Assembly: GCA_002269645.1 (NCBI GenBank)
Contig: NIVC01002428.1
Coordinates: 1-64,000, forward strand
DNA from: Macrostomum lignano
Lineage: Eukaryota
Direction of reading: 5' to 3'
Length of the DNA: 64,000 nt
The position numbers and the translations under genes are program-made. The notes beneath the pieces are model-generated. The model made no database searches and had not been told where the DNA came from. It saw only the letters and a list, made by a program, of their open reading frames with translations. Shown here in pieces: positions 34,861-64,000 of this stretch. Positions within the stretch are counted from its first letter, which is position 1; each line of letters begins with the position of its first letter.

Positions 34861-35904
34861 ACAATGAATTGTGAACCACAGTATTGGCAATACAAAATTA
34901 CTGAGCTGGCCAAATGTCTAACAATAGCAGCGCTTGTACTTTAATCAGCTGAGTACACCGAGTCCAGCAGCATATATTATGCATGCAGCATTGATTTATA
35001 GCACGCTATCAATTTCAGCTTTGAGAAGAGGAGGATCTGCTTAATCCAGATAAAATCTGTAACAGTATGCTCACACCAGCCAGGTGGGTCACACTATGAA
35101 CTTGCCGATTCCTCCCACGCTTCTGTCAAATCTTTGAACTTTACAGGCCAGCCGCTAGCGGTAAGCGGCAAACTACTAATTCTTTCCGCCCCGGCGTGAA
35201 TTCTCATGCGCTCGATTGCTTCCAGGAGTAGCTGCAGGCACGCTGATTGATAATTTCGGGCGGCCCTGTGACCGCGGCCCGACCTTTTTTACTCCTCATT
35301 CTCTTCTCCCTTCCCCTTCTCTTTGAATCGATACGGGAGCCGGCAAGGAATGAAATGAGAAAGAGACTTTTCTCTAAGGCGTCCTGTTGATTGAAGATCG
35401 ATTGGGGTATTGCGCCTGCTCTCTGCCTGTTCAAGTGGCAGCCTTGGACCCTTCAGCACAATGTGCCATAGTCTATGGCAGCTAAAGTGCACCGGCTGGG
35501 GGCAATTCCAGCATTTCAAGATTCTTTTCTTCGAAATCGATGAACTGCTTCAATGTTTTGAACTTTGCAAAATAATGAAAATATGCGGCTGATTATTGAG
35601 GTCTGACGGCTGAGATTTACTGACTAGACTGCAGGCCGAGATCCGATGTGTTCTAATGGAAAACTCTAAATAGTGAGGATAGCGGGAGAGACTGAGGGAC
35701 AGTTGGGGAGAGTGGGGGAGAGCGGGAGAGAGTGGGGGAGAGTGGGGCAGAGTGGGGGAGAGCGTCAGAGAGTGGGGAAGAGTGGGGGAGAGCGTCAGAG
35801 AGTGAGGGAGAGCGGGAGAGAGCGGGAGAGAGTGGGGGAGAGCGTCAGAGAGTGAGGGAGAGCGGGAGAGAGTGGGGGAGAGTGAAGGAGAGTGGGGGAG
35901 AGCG

Positions 35905-52661
<16,757 letters not shown>

Positions 52662-52977
52662 CGCCTGAGCACTGTTGAGCAGTCACGAACAAGCTAAATC
52701 TGTTATTAATATTGGCTCTCCAAGTATCTCAGTGACGACCTCTTCTCCACTTGCCAGTGCAGTTCTGGGCTGCCTCTGTGACGCGATGGCTTTTAATGCT
52801 GAGCTGGTGGCAGGCTGCCTGACAGCCAATGAGGATGCGGGACTGACTGACCGACCAATGCGGGGCTTTCCAGTTCAGGTTTATCCAAGCAGCACGAGTC
52901 TAGGGATTTTCAATGAGTTGATGGGGAAGGAGAACTTGTGAGCACTGAAGACTTGCCTCTTGTAGAGAGGGGGATTC

Positions 52978-53155
52978 GGGAGTAGATTGCTGAGATCGAT
53001 CGAGTAGATTTCTGAGATTGATCGAGTAGATTGCTGAGATTGATTGAGTAGATTGCTGAGATTGATCGAGTAGATTGCTGAGATTGATCGAGTAGATTGC
53101 TGAGATTGATCGAGTAGATTGATGAGATTGATCGAGTAGATTGCTGAGATTGGTC
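52978..53155. repeat. Minisatellite, 22-bp unit
   Basis: gagtagattgctgagattgatc. Confidence 0.9.
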
Positions 53156-53169
53156 GATTACAAGTTTGG

Positions 53170-54115
53170 GACTGAGAGGGAGGGTGAGGGCTGAGAAGGA
53201 AAGGAGACTGAGAGGGAGGGTGAGGCTGAGAAGGGAAGTGAGACTGACAGGGAGGGTGAGACTGAGAGGGAGACTGAGACTGAGAGGGAGACTAAGAGGA
53301 CGGTAAGAGAGTGACAGTGAAGGTGAGGCTGAGAACTGAGAGGGAGAGCCAAACTGAAAGAGAGAGATAGTGAGACTGAGGGAGAAAAGGAGGGTGAGAG
53401 GAAGGGTAAGACTCAAAGGGAGTGTGAGACTGAGAGGGAGGGCGAGGCTGAGAGGGAGGGCGAGGCTGAGCGGGAGTGTGAGACTGAGCGGGAGTGTGAG
53501 ACTGAGAGGTAGTGTGAGACTGAGAGGTAGTGTGAGACTGAGAGGTAGTGTGAGACTGAGCGGGAGTGTGAGACTGAGAGGGTATGTGAGACTGAGCGGG
53601 AGTGTGAGACTGAGAGGGAGTGTGAGACTGAGAGGTAGTGTGAGACTGAGAGGTAGTGTGAGACTGAGCGGGAGTGTGAGACTGAGAGGGTATGTGAGAC
53701 TGAGCGGGAGTGTGAGACTGAGAGGGTATGTGAGACTGAGCGGGAGTGTGAGACTGAGAGGGAGTGTGAGACTGAGCGGGAGTGTGAGACTGAGAGGGAG
53801 TGTGAGACTGAGCGGGAGTGTGAGACTGAGAGGGTATGTGAGACTGAGCGGGAGTGTGAGACTGAGAGGTAGTGTGAGACTGAGCGGGAGTGTGAGACTG
53901 AGAGGGTATGTGAGACTGAGCGGGAGTGTGAGACTGAGAGGGTATGTGAGACTGAGCGGGAGTGTGAGACTGAGAGGGAGTGTGAGACTGAGCGGGAGTG
54001 TGAGACTGAGAGGGAGTGTGAGACTGAGAGGTAGTGTGAGACTGAGAAGGAGAAAGGAAGGAAGGGTAAGAGTGAGGCAATAGGGGAGAGTGAGGCTGAG
54101 AGAAAAGGTGAGACT
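53170..54115. repeat. Minisatellite, 18-bp unit
   Basis: gtgtgagactgag(c/a)gg(g/t)a; contains units like those of the 51925 array. Confidence 0.92.
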
Positions 54116-54924
54116 GAAATGGAGTATTAGATACAATATGTCAACTTCATGAATGATGAGGCAGCCAGCAGACTCCAAAAGCTCCACAGCTCCACTGGGC
54201 AGTCGGCAGTTTTCTGTAACTGAAACCCCCATAAAATTTGCTTCAACCCGCGGTGCCGCTGCAGCGGAGAGGCGGGTGAAACAGACAAGCGGGCAGGCCC
54301 TGAGCTCTCAGAGCTCATCCGGGAAGCTCCGGCGCCCCTTCTGTGTCGGCAAACAACAAAGAAGGAAAGGGGCAGAGAGTGGAAGAACGGGGTGGCGCGT
54401 GCAGCAAGGGAGAGGCTGGTCTCAACTAGAAGAGGCAAAAAATGCGAAATGACTTGGCATTCTGAGCGGAGCAGCCTGGCTACTGCTCCGGCCTATTATT
54501 CCCACTCTATTTTGGTTCGCGCTCCGGCTTCGTCGGGGGGGGGGAGAAAAAAGCCATCAACAGAACTTGATGGCGGAGTTTGTTGCAAAAAAGGGGAAGA
54601 GCTTAAAGTTTGTAGGAGTTGAGCTGGGCGGCTCTCCTCCTAGTAGCAGTTCCCCGGCAAGCGGCCAAGAAGACCGGGAGAAAAAGCAAAATGAAGTGAA
54701 AACAAAAAGAAGACGGCACTACTTGGCCTGGGGGAGGCTCTTGAGTAATGAGCAGCTGGGCAGTGCGACATCTTAAAATGGAGAGGAACTGGAATTGGCA
54801 ACTCTGCTTCATCTTAGACTCTTTAAATCCGAACTCTTTACAAGCTTTGAAATTGCCTGAGCCGCAGTGGCGGTATTGATTTCAGCTGAGTGCAACAGGT
54901 CTGCAGCCTGCTCTCGCGAGCGGC

Positions 54925-56415
54925 TTCTGACCGGTTCCTTCAGGCTCCTGTCTGGTTCCTTCAGGCTCCTGTCTGGTTCCTTCAGGCTTCTGTCTTGTTA
55001 ACTTCAGGCTCCTGTCTTGTTACTTCAGGCTTCTGTCTTGTTAACTTCAGGCTCCTGTCCGGTTCCTTCAGGCTCCTGTCTGGTTACCTCAGGCTCCTGT
55101 CTAGTTACTTCAGGTTCCTGTCTTGTTAACTTCAGGCTCCTGTCCGGTTCCTTCAGGCTCCTGTCTGGTTACCTCAGGCTTCTGTCTGGTTCCTTCAGGC
55201 TCCTGTCTTGTTACTTCAGGCTTCTGTCTTGTTAACTTCAGGCTCCTGTCCGGTTCCTTCAGGTTCCTGTCTGGTTACCTCAGGTTCCTGTCTAGTTACT
55301 TCAGCTTCCTGTCTAGTTACTTCAGGTTCCTGTCCGGTTCCTTCAGGTTCCTGTCTGGTTACCTCAGGTTCCTGTTTAGTTACTTCAGGTTCCTGTCTAG
55401 TTAATTCAGGTTCCTGTCTTGTTACTTCAGGCTCCTGTCTTGTTACTTCAGGTTCCTGTCTTGTTACTTCAGGTTCCTGTCTTGTTACTTCAGGTTTCTG
55501 TCTTGTTAACTTCAGGCTCCTGTCTTGTTACTTCAGGCTCCTGTCTTGTTACTTCAGGTTCCTGTCTTGTTACTTCAGGTTCCTGTCTTGTTACTTCAGG
55601 TTTCTGTCTTGTTAACTTCAGGCTCCTGTCCGGTTCCTTCAGGTTCCTGTCTGGTTACTTCAGGCTCCTGTCTTGTTACTTCAGGCTCCTGTCTTGTTAC
55701 TTCAGGCTCCTGTCTAGTTACTTCAGGCTCCTGTCTTGTTACTTCAGGCTTCTAGCTTGTTACTTTCAGGCTCCTGTCCGGTTCCTTCAGGTTCCTGTCT
55801 GGTTACCTCAGGTTCCTGTCTAGTTACTTCAGGTTCCTGTCTAGTTACTTCAGGTTCCTGTCTAGTTACTTCAGGTTCCTGTCTAGTTACTTCAGGTTCC
55901 TGTCTAGTTACTTCAGGCTCCTGTCTTGTTACTTCAGGTTCCTGTCTTGTTACTTCAGGTTCCTGTCTTGTTACTTCAGGTTCCTGTCTAGTTACTTCAG
56001 GTTCCTGTCTAGTTACTTCAGGTTCCTGTCTAGTTACTTCAGGTTCCTGTCTAGTTACTTCAGCTTCCTGTCTTGTTACTTCAGGCTCCTGTCTTGTTAC
56101 TTCAGGCTCCTGTCTTGTTACTTCAGGTTCCTGTCTTGTTACTTCAGGCTCCTGTCTTGTTACTTCAGGTTCCTGTCTTGTTACTTCAGGTTCCTGTCTT
56201 GTTACTTCAGGTTTCTTTCTTGTTAACTTCAGGCTCCTGTCCGGTTCCTTCAGGCTCCTGTCTAGTTACTTCAGGCTCCTGTCTTGTTACTTCAGGCTCC
56301 TGTCTTGTTAACTTCAGGCTCCTGTCCGGTTCCTTCAGGTTCCTGTCTGGTTACCTCAGGTTCCTGTCTAGTTACTTCAGGTTCCTGTCTTGTTAACTTC
56401 AGGCTCCTGTCCGGT
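54925..56415. repeat. Minisatellite, 21-bp unit
   Basis: ttacttcaggttcctgtct(t/a)g and variants. Confidence 0.95.
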
Positions 56416-57039
56416 TAACTGTCAGCGGAATGGGCAGAGTTGCCAGGGTGCCCACAAACCTCGAATTTATTGTATTTTGTTCTGCATCCCTTGCCGCATC
56501 CGCAGTGCAGTGAGGACTGCAACCGACGGCAGATCAGCAATGCTTGCAAAAAGCGCAGAAGTCTCGCAAAGCATGTCTAAAGCAGCATGCAGAAAAAGCC
56601 AAGCGCTGAGGTAGTGGGGCGGCCTCTGCCATTTATGGCTATTGATGAGGCCAGTCTGAGTTCGGCTTTCTCTGCGCTCCTGGGAGGGGGAGCCGATTAA
56701 CAGGCCGCGTAGGAGGAACTCACTGGTCAGAGCCAGCAGTATCCGGTATCCGCTTCAATGGGTACTGATGAGGCATGGCAGTTGAACGATAAATCCCAGT
56801 ATCCATATTTCTGCTTTTTTAAATCAGGAAATTTATTGCAAAGTAGCATCTGAGCAGACCTTCAGGCCTGGATTGTTCAAACCGAGTGAATTCATGTACC
56901 AAAATGAGACAAAATTTTAAAGGTACTCCTATAAATTTGCAAACATGATTAACTGAGAAAACAGTCAAAGCATTGTCATTTAGAATGGATTAGAGGAAGA
57001 CATCACTGAGATGAGAATAGATAGGTGATAAGAGATCAG

Positions 57040-57475
57040 TGAGAAGAGATCGGTGAGAAGAGATGAGTGAGTGAGAAGAGATCGGGGAGATGAGATCGGG
57101 GAGAAGAGATCGGGGAGATGAGATCGGGGAGATGAGATCGGGGAGATGAGATCGGGGAGATGAGATCGGGGAGATGAGATCGGGGAGATGAGATCCGGAA
57201 GATGAGATCGGTGAGAAGAGATGAGTGAGTGAGAAGAGATCGGGGGATGAGATCGGGGAGATGAGATCGGGGAGAGATGAGATCAGAGAGATAAGATCGG
57301 GGAGATAAGATCAGGAAGATAAGACGGGGAGAAGAGATGAGTGAGTGAGAAGAGATCGGGGAGATGAGATCGGGGAGATGAGATCGGGGAGAGAGATGAG
57401 ATCGGGGAGATAAGATCAGGAAGATAAGACGGGGAGAAGAGATGAGTCAGAAGAGATCGGGGAGATGGGATCTAT
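57040..57475. repeat. Purine-rich minisatellite, ~15-bp unit
   Basis: gagatgagatcggg(g). Confidence 0.9.
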
Positions 57476-57556
57476 GAGAAGAGAGCGTTGAGAACAGACG
57501 AGTAACTCAGAGAATCTGGAAGCCAGACAAAGGGTGGCTGTACGAAGTGCTGGAGA

Positions 57557-60500
57557 TCAGAACTGCTGCAGTATGTGCTGATTCTGCAACTCCTGCCGCA
57601 GCTGCCGCAGTTTCAACGCATCCGACGGTGACGAAGCTCCGTCCAGGTAGTCGCCGTCGTCACCGACGTTGCCGGGTCGGCGCTCTTCCTCGACAAACGA
57701 CAGCGCCACCGCCGACTGCCTACGGCTGCCGGCTCGCCAGTTCTCCTCCCGGCGGCGCGGTATGAAGATGCTGCCGCGCTGGAAGCTGAGCCGCCGGTTC
57801 TCGTCAACGCTTTCAACAGCCGGCACCGGATTCGAGGGACGAAGCTGTTCCGGCTCCGTCTCTGCGCGGGGTTCCTCCGCCATCACCGCCTGCGGAGTTT
57901 CCTCGTCATCCACTGGCGATGGCGACGACTCAGCATCTGCATCGCTCTCGACCTCGGCGAGTTCCGTTGCCTCCGCGGCCAGAGTTGGCGGCTGCTGCGA
58001 GACCGGACTGCAGCGGGGCGGGTTGAAAAAACCTCATGGGTTAAATAGTTCTTTCGATTGCTTGGTTGAGCATTCACAAGCTCGAAACTTCCGAAGCTTC
58101 TCAAGCTTAAGTTTAAATGGGTTGGGTTATGGTTAGGGTTGGCAGTCAATTGTCATTGGCATGAATTGAACTGATCGATCATTAAATCTTAAGGTAACTG
58201 AAGATAAAGTATTTTTTCTGCGTTTATGAAGTTAAAGCCGGTCGATATTTATTGCAATAGCAGCAAGAGAATGGGGTGGAGGGGGAATGAGGGTGTGATC
58301 TTGTGCGCGAGACTGTGAGGGTTGGGGCTGGTCGATATTTAGCGGCAAGAGAATGGGGTGGAGGGGGAATGAGGGTGTGATCTTGTGCGCGAGACTGTGG
58401 GGGTTGGGGCTGGTCGAAATTTAGCGGCAAGAGAATGGGGTGGAGGGGGAATGAGGGTGTGATCTTGTGCGCGAGACTGTGGGGGTTGGGGCTGGTCGAT
58501 ATTTAGCGGCAAGAGAATGGGGTGGAGGGGAATGAGGGTGTGATCTTGTGCGCGAGACTGTGGGGGTTGGGGCTGGTCGAAATTTAGCGGCAAGAGAATG
58601 GGGTGGAGGGGGAATGAGGGTGTGATCTTGTGCGCGAGACTGTGGGGGTTGGGGCTGGTCGATATTTAGCGGCAAGAGAATGGGGTGGTGGGGGATGTGA
58701 GGGTGTTATCAAGTGTGCCTGTGGCTCTGGGGTTTTAGGGGTAGCACTTAATTATTAAGAGTGCGGCTAGTTGACATAAAGTACGAGTACATACAAGTAA
58801 AGTATTTGATCGTCTTTAAATTTAATCTTTTTAAATGCGGTGGCATTAATAAATCGCACTTGAAGCCAAAGTCAGAAAGAAGCCAGATTGATTTTTGTTA
58901 AAAGTGCATCCTCAGCTGTTAGTTAAACCTGGACAATTCTGCTTTGACTTGAGATTGGGTGGGACTGTGGAGGGAAGAACGAGCAGAGAATTGATCACCT
59001 GATGCGACCTGCACCTGGCAAGGTTCCTGGGAGTCAGTTTCAACGTTTGCTTTATTTTATTTAACAGCAATAGCCAGAAATTTTAATCAGTGCCTAACAG
59101 ACTGCTTACCTGCAACAGTTTAAATTGAAAACAGCGTTAGTGTGACTTGAATACTTATTCAGCGACTTCAAATAAAGAAGAAGTGCAAGATAGCGCTGGA
59201 GACCTATTTCCACGGGAGCGCAAAATGTATGATTGATGAGCATAGTGGATTAGCGGGTCTGACGGATTTCGGCAAAGGGGCCGGTGACAGTGATTGATAG
59301 ATGGGAAGAGGCAGCTACAAAAATGCGGACCCGTTTAATGGCATGTTTGCTCCGCATGCCAAAGTGGCTGAGCAGTGCCAATGCCAAACTCCCATTTTGA
59401 ATACTTGGAGAGCAAATAAGTTGGATGGCAACATTCTAGTTTTACTTGAAGTACTCCTAAGTACACCTTTCGAGCTCATCTTGGGCGAATGAAAGATTTC
59501 AGAAAGAAGGCAGAGTAATGATAAGAATAGTGAAAGGCAAGATGACAGGTATTAAATGTTGCAGACAGATCCAGAAAGATCGTGACAAGAAGATATAAAA
59601 TGCAGAGTAACATATCAAGTCCACTTAAGAGTGACAGATACTGTTAGAGTGACAGATACTGATGCAGAGTGACATGCTGTTACAGAGTGACAGATACGGT
59701 TAGAGTGACAGATACAGTTACAGAGTGACAGATACTGTTGCAGAGTGACAGATACTGATGCAGAGTGACAAATACTGATACAGAGTGACAGATACTGTTA
59801 AAGAGTGACAGATACTGATGCAGAGTGTCATGCTGTTACAGAGTGACAGATACAGTTACAGAGTGACAGATACTGATGCAGAGTGACAGATACTGTTGCA
59901 GAGTGACAGATACTGTTGCAGAGTGACAGATACTGATACAGAGTGACATGCTGTTACAGAGTGACAGATACAGTTAGAGTGACAAATACAGTTACAGAGT
60001 GACAGATACTGTTGCAGAGTGACAGATACTGATGCAGAGTGACAGATACTGTTGCAGAGTGACAGATACTGTTAAAGAGTGACAGATACTGATGCAGAGT
60101 GACAGACACTGATACAGACAGACACTGTATCAACAGTGCAACAGATACTGTTGCAGAGTGACAGATACTGTTACAGAGTGACAGATTCTGTTACAGAGTG
60201 ACAGAAACTGTTACAGAGTGACAGATTCTGTTACAGAGTGACATATTCTGTTACAGAGTGACAGATACTGTTACAGAGTGACAGATAATGTTACAGAGTG
60301 ACAGATACTGTTGCAGAGTGACAGATACTGATGCAGAGTGACAGACACTGATACAGACAGACACTGTATCAACAGTGCAACAGATACTGTTGCAGAGTGA
60401 CAGATACTGTTACAGAGTGACAGATAATGTTACAGAGTGACAGATACTGTTGCAGAGTGACAGATACTGTTGCAGAGTGACAGATACTATTACAAAGTGA

Positions 60501-63500
60501 CAGATACTGATACAGAGTGATAGATCAAGTGAGAGTTTGTGGAAAGCCAATGTGACAGCAAGTACGGAGCAGAGTGACAGACCCACCGGCTCTTGGTCAG
60601 GGGCACCACGACTGGCGCCCGCTGGCTGGCCAAGATGAGGATGGCGGCGATGCAGCAGACGCAGGCGGCCAGGCCCAGCAGGATGGCGGAGAGCTGCCAG
60701 GCGGGCAGCAGCGGCTGGCAGTTGAGCAGATTTTCCGGGCACACGCAGCTGCAAAGAGGAGATGGCGGGCGGGCGTACAGATAGTGTGACATGGGTGTGA
60801 CAGTGTGATATGGGGTGTGACAGTGTGACATGGGGTGTGACAGTGTGACATGGGGTGTGACAGTGTGACATGGGGTGTGACAGTGTGGCATGGGGTGTTA
60901 AGGTGTGGCATGGGGTGTGACAGTGTGATATGGGGTGTGACAGTGTGGCATGGGGTGTGACAGTGTGGCATGGGGTGTGACAGTGTGGCATGGGGTGTGA
61001 CAGTGTGGCATGGGGTGTGACAGTGTGACATGGGGTGTGACAGTGTGACATGGGGTGTGACAGTGTGACATGGGGTGTGACAGTGTGACATGGGGTGTGG
61101 CAGTGTGGAATGGGGCGGGACAGTGTGACATGGGGTGTGACAGTGTGGCATGGGGTGTGACAGTGTGGCATGGGGTGTGACAGTGTGGCATGGGGTGTGA
61201 CAGTGTGGCATGGGGTGTGACAGTGTGACATGGGGTGTGACAGTGTGGCATGGGGTGTGACAGTGTGACATGGGGTGTGACAGTGTGGCATGGGGTGTGA
61301 CAGTGTGGCATGGGGTGTGACAGTGTGGCATGGGGTGTGACAGTGTGGCATGGGGTGTGACAGTGTGGCATGGGGTGTGAAAGTGTGGCATGGGGTGTGA
61401 AAGTGTGACATGGGGTGTGACAGTGTGGCATGGGGTGTGACAGTGTGGCATGGGGTGTGACAGTGTGGCATGAGGTGTGACAGTGTGGCATGGGGTGTGA
61501 CAGTGTGGCATGGGGTGTGACAGTGTGGCATGGGGTGTGACAGTGTGGCATGAGGTGTGACAGTGTGGCATGGGGTGTGACAGTGTGACATGGGGTGTGA
61601 CAGTGTGGCATGGGGTGTGAAAGTGTGGCATGGGGTGTGAAAGTGTGACATGGGGTGTGACAGTGTGGCATGGGGTGTGACAGTGTGGCATGGGGTGTGA
61701 CAGTGTGGCATGAGGTGTGACAGTGTGGCATGGGGTGTGACAGTGTGACATGGGGTGTGACAGTGTGGCATGGGGTGTGACAGTGTGGCATGAGGTGTGA
61801 CAGTGTGGCATGGGGTGTGACAGTGTGGCATGGGGTGTGACAGTGTGGCATGGGGTGTGACAGTGTGGCATGGGGTGTGACAGTGTGACATGGGGTGTGA
61901 CAGTGTGACATGGGGTGTGACAGTGTGGCATGGGGTGTGACAGTGTGGCATGGGGTGTGACAGTGTGACATGGGGTGTGACAGACAGCGTGCCGTGTGTG
62001 ACGCAAAGGAAAGTCGAAACGCACTCGAATCCGCGGAATTTATCCACGCAGACGTAGGGCGAGGGGCAGGGCGAGGAGGAGCAGTCGTCAAAGTCGATCT
62101 CGCACCGATCGCCGACCCAGCCGGTGGGGCAGCGGCACAGGTAGCCCCGGTTGAAGAATCCCTCGGAGCGTACGGTGCTCTGGCAGTCCGGGTCCCAGAC
62201 GGGGCCTGAGGGAGGGCGGTAGAACACTAAGGTGATATTGAGTTTTCTCTATTTTCATTATACTAGGGATTACCTGCAGATTTAATGACCAACTGTTCGA
62301 CTTCAGGATGACCTGTTAGACCTGGTAACTAACTGAATAAACACAGTTAAGTATTAAGAGAGTAGCTTTACCAACCTTAGGGTTTATCTGTTTGACATTT
62401 GATTGCCTGTTCCAATGAAAAAACTACCTGTCGGAATGAAGTGACTACCTGTCGGAATGAAGGGACTACCTGTCGGAATGAAGGGACTACCTGTCGGAAT
62501 GAAGGGACTACCTGTCGGAATTAAGTGATTACCTGTCGGAATGAAGGGACTACCTGTCAGAATGAAGGGACTACCTGTCGGAATTAAGTGATTACCTGTC
62601 GGAATGAAGGGACTACCTGTCGGAATGAAGGGACTACCTGTCGGAATGAAGGGACTACCTGTCGGAATGAAGGGACTACCTGTCGGAATGAAGGGACTGC
62701 CTGTCGGAATGAAGTGAATACCTGTCGGAATGAAGGGACTGCCTGTCGGAATGAAGTGAATACCTGTCGGAATGAAGGGACTACCTGTCGGAATTAAGTG
62801 ATTACCTGTCGGAATGAAGGGACTACCTGTCGGAATGAAGGGACTACCTGTCGGAATGAAGGGACTACCTGTCGGAATGAAGGGACTACCTGTCGGAATG
62901 AAGGGACTACCTGTCGGAATGAAGGGACTACCTGTCGGAATGAAGGGACTGCCTGTCGGAATGAAGTGAATACCTGTCGGAATGAAGGGACTGCCTGTCG
63001 GAATGAAGTGAATACCTGTCGGAATGAAGGGACTGCCTGTCGGAATGAAGTGAATACCTGTCGGAATGAAGGGACTGCCTGTCGGAATGAAGTGAATACC
63101 TGTCGGAATGAAGGGACTACCTGTAAAAATGCCATTAAAACGGGCAACTACCCATGGGAGCGGCTTTGGAGCGGCGATCCCGCGGCTCCCCGCAGGATCA
63201 GCTGTGTAGACTCGGGAGGGGGTCCCAAGTCTGACTTGCAAGACTTACCCCAGCAGGTGCCCTCATTCACGCAGGGATTCTGCAGGATGAACACCCGGAT
63301 GTATAGCCGGGACTCCAGCCGGTATTTGTCTGTGTAGGCCAGGGCGAAGCGGTCCACGCCCACCTGTCCGAGGCCCGGCCGGTAGCGCAGCAGGTGGGCG
63401 AACCAGGACAGCTCGGTGGGCGGGTAGGGCAGGCTGAGGTTGCAGGGGTGCCAGGCGGTCACGGTGGCGTCCCACTCGCTGAGGTTCCTGGCGGCCAATC

Positions 63501-63909
63501 GCTCCTCGTCCGTCAGCTCGCAGTCGGTCGGCTCGACCAGGGCGGCCGCGGATGCGGAGTCGTTGAGGCGGCCGATCAGCTGGCCGAGCCGCGGCCGCTC
63601 GTCGTCTGGCAGTTCGACTCGGATGGCTTCGTTGGCGTCGTAGTCGAAGACACCGGCGGTGAGCCGGAGGTCGGCGTACACGGTGTTGTTGCCGGTGTTC
63701 TGCTCCACGGACAGGCTGAGGTTGCGGTGCTGCTCACGCACCGAGTCGAACTCGGTGAGGTCGGCAGCCAGGCCGGACTGTGAGGCGAACACCTGCGGAT
63801 AGTCCGGCTCCTCCTCGATGATGATGAAGTAGGCGGTGTGGGCCGTGTAGTTCGAGCTGCTGGACACCTCCTGGACCGTGATGTTCAGGCGGGCTGCGCC
63901 AGTCTTGTG
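57557..63909 (-). CDS. Single-pass membrane protein with cadherin/Ig-like segment and two EGF-like repeats; 3' four exons (gene starts beyond window)
   Basis: Phase-consistent exons: 63909-63249; 62205-62025 (NPCVNEGTCWG..YLCRCPTGWVGDRCEIDFDDCSSSPCPSPYVCVDKFRGF); 60748-60587 (DCVCPENLLNC, TM LSAILLGLAACVCCIAAILILA); 58007-57557 (acidic cytoplasmic tail, ends HILQQF*). Confidence 0.85.
58263..58695. repeat. G-rich minisatellite, 82-bp unit
   Basis: aagagaatggggtggagggggaatgagggtgtgatcttgtgcgcgagactgtgggggttggggctggtcgatatttagcggc, about 5 copies. Confidence 0.95.
59630..60520. repeat. Minisatellite, 20-bp unit with higher-order duplication
   Basis: cagagtgacagatactgtt(a/g); the block containing gacacactgtatcaacagtgcaacagatac-like sequence recurs near 60120 and 60360. 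Confidence 0.93.
60783..61982. repeat. Minisatellite, 20-bp unit (fills almost the whole intron)
   Basis: gtgacagtgtggcatggggt, about 60 copies. Confidence 0.97.
62425..63123. repeat. Minisatellite, 21-bp unit
   Basis: ctacctgtcggaatgaaggga. Confidence 0.95.
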
Positions 63910-64000
63910 CTGCAGTGTGGAGATGATAAGAGGAGATGAAAAAGCCGGTCTAAAGATGGGACAGGACAGGGTAGGAGTCTATAGATGGGACAGGACAGGG

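Overview
Eukaryotic (animal) genomic DNA. GC-rich exons in minisatellite-laden introns suggest a free-living flatworm such as Macrostomum (inference only). Bases 1-~6550 hold a degraded or mis-assembled Polinton/Maverick (adintovirus-like) endogenous virus, cut by the window edge. It carries a major capsid remnant (-), then on (+) a spliced putative T7-gp2.5-like ssDNA-binding protein, a TBP-like ORF, a protein-primed DNA polymerase B with a large internal deletion, and a dUTPase. This is a richer replication/transcription kit than canonical Polintons carry and is the most novel signal here. Host genes: GALC (8 exons, -, 3' part absent) with an antisense intronless CHMP4/SNF7 and a tRNA-Lys(CTT) nested in its introns; intronless NME5 (-) head-to-head with a 3-exon MPPED-family phosphoesterase (+), separated by nested DNA transposons; a 2-Ig Dpr/IgLON-like gene (-); and the 3' part of an EGF-repeat single-pass membrane protein gene (-). 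There are also two RTE retrotransposon copies, a short LINE insertion with a 14-bp TSD, and about 35 tandem arrays. All calls are by-eye motif recognition, with no database searches. Several +/-1 indels sit in homopolymers and may be assembly errors.
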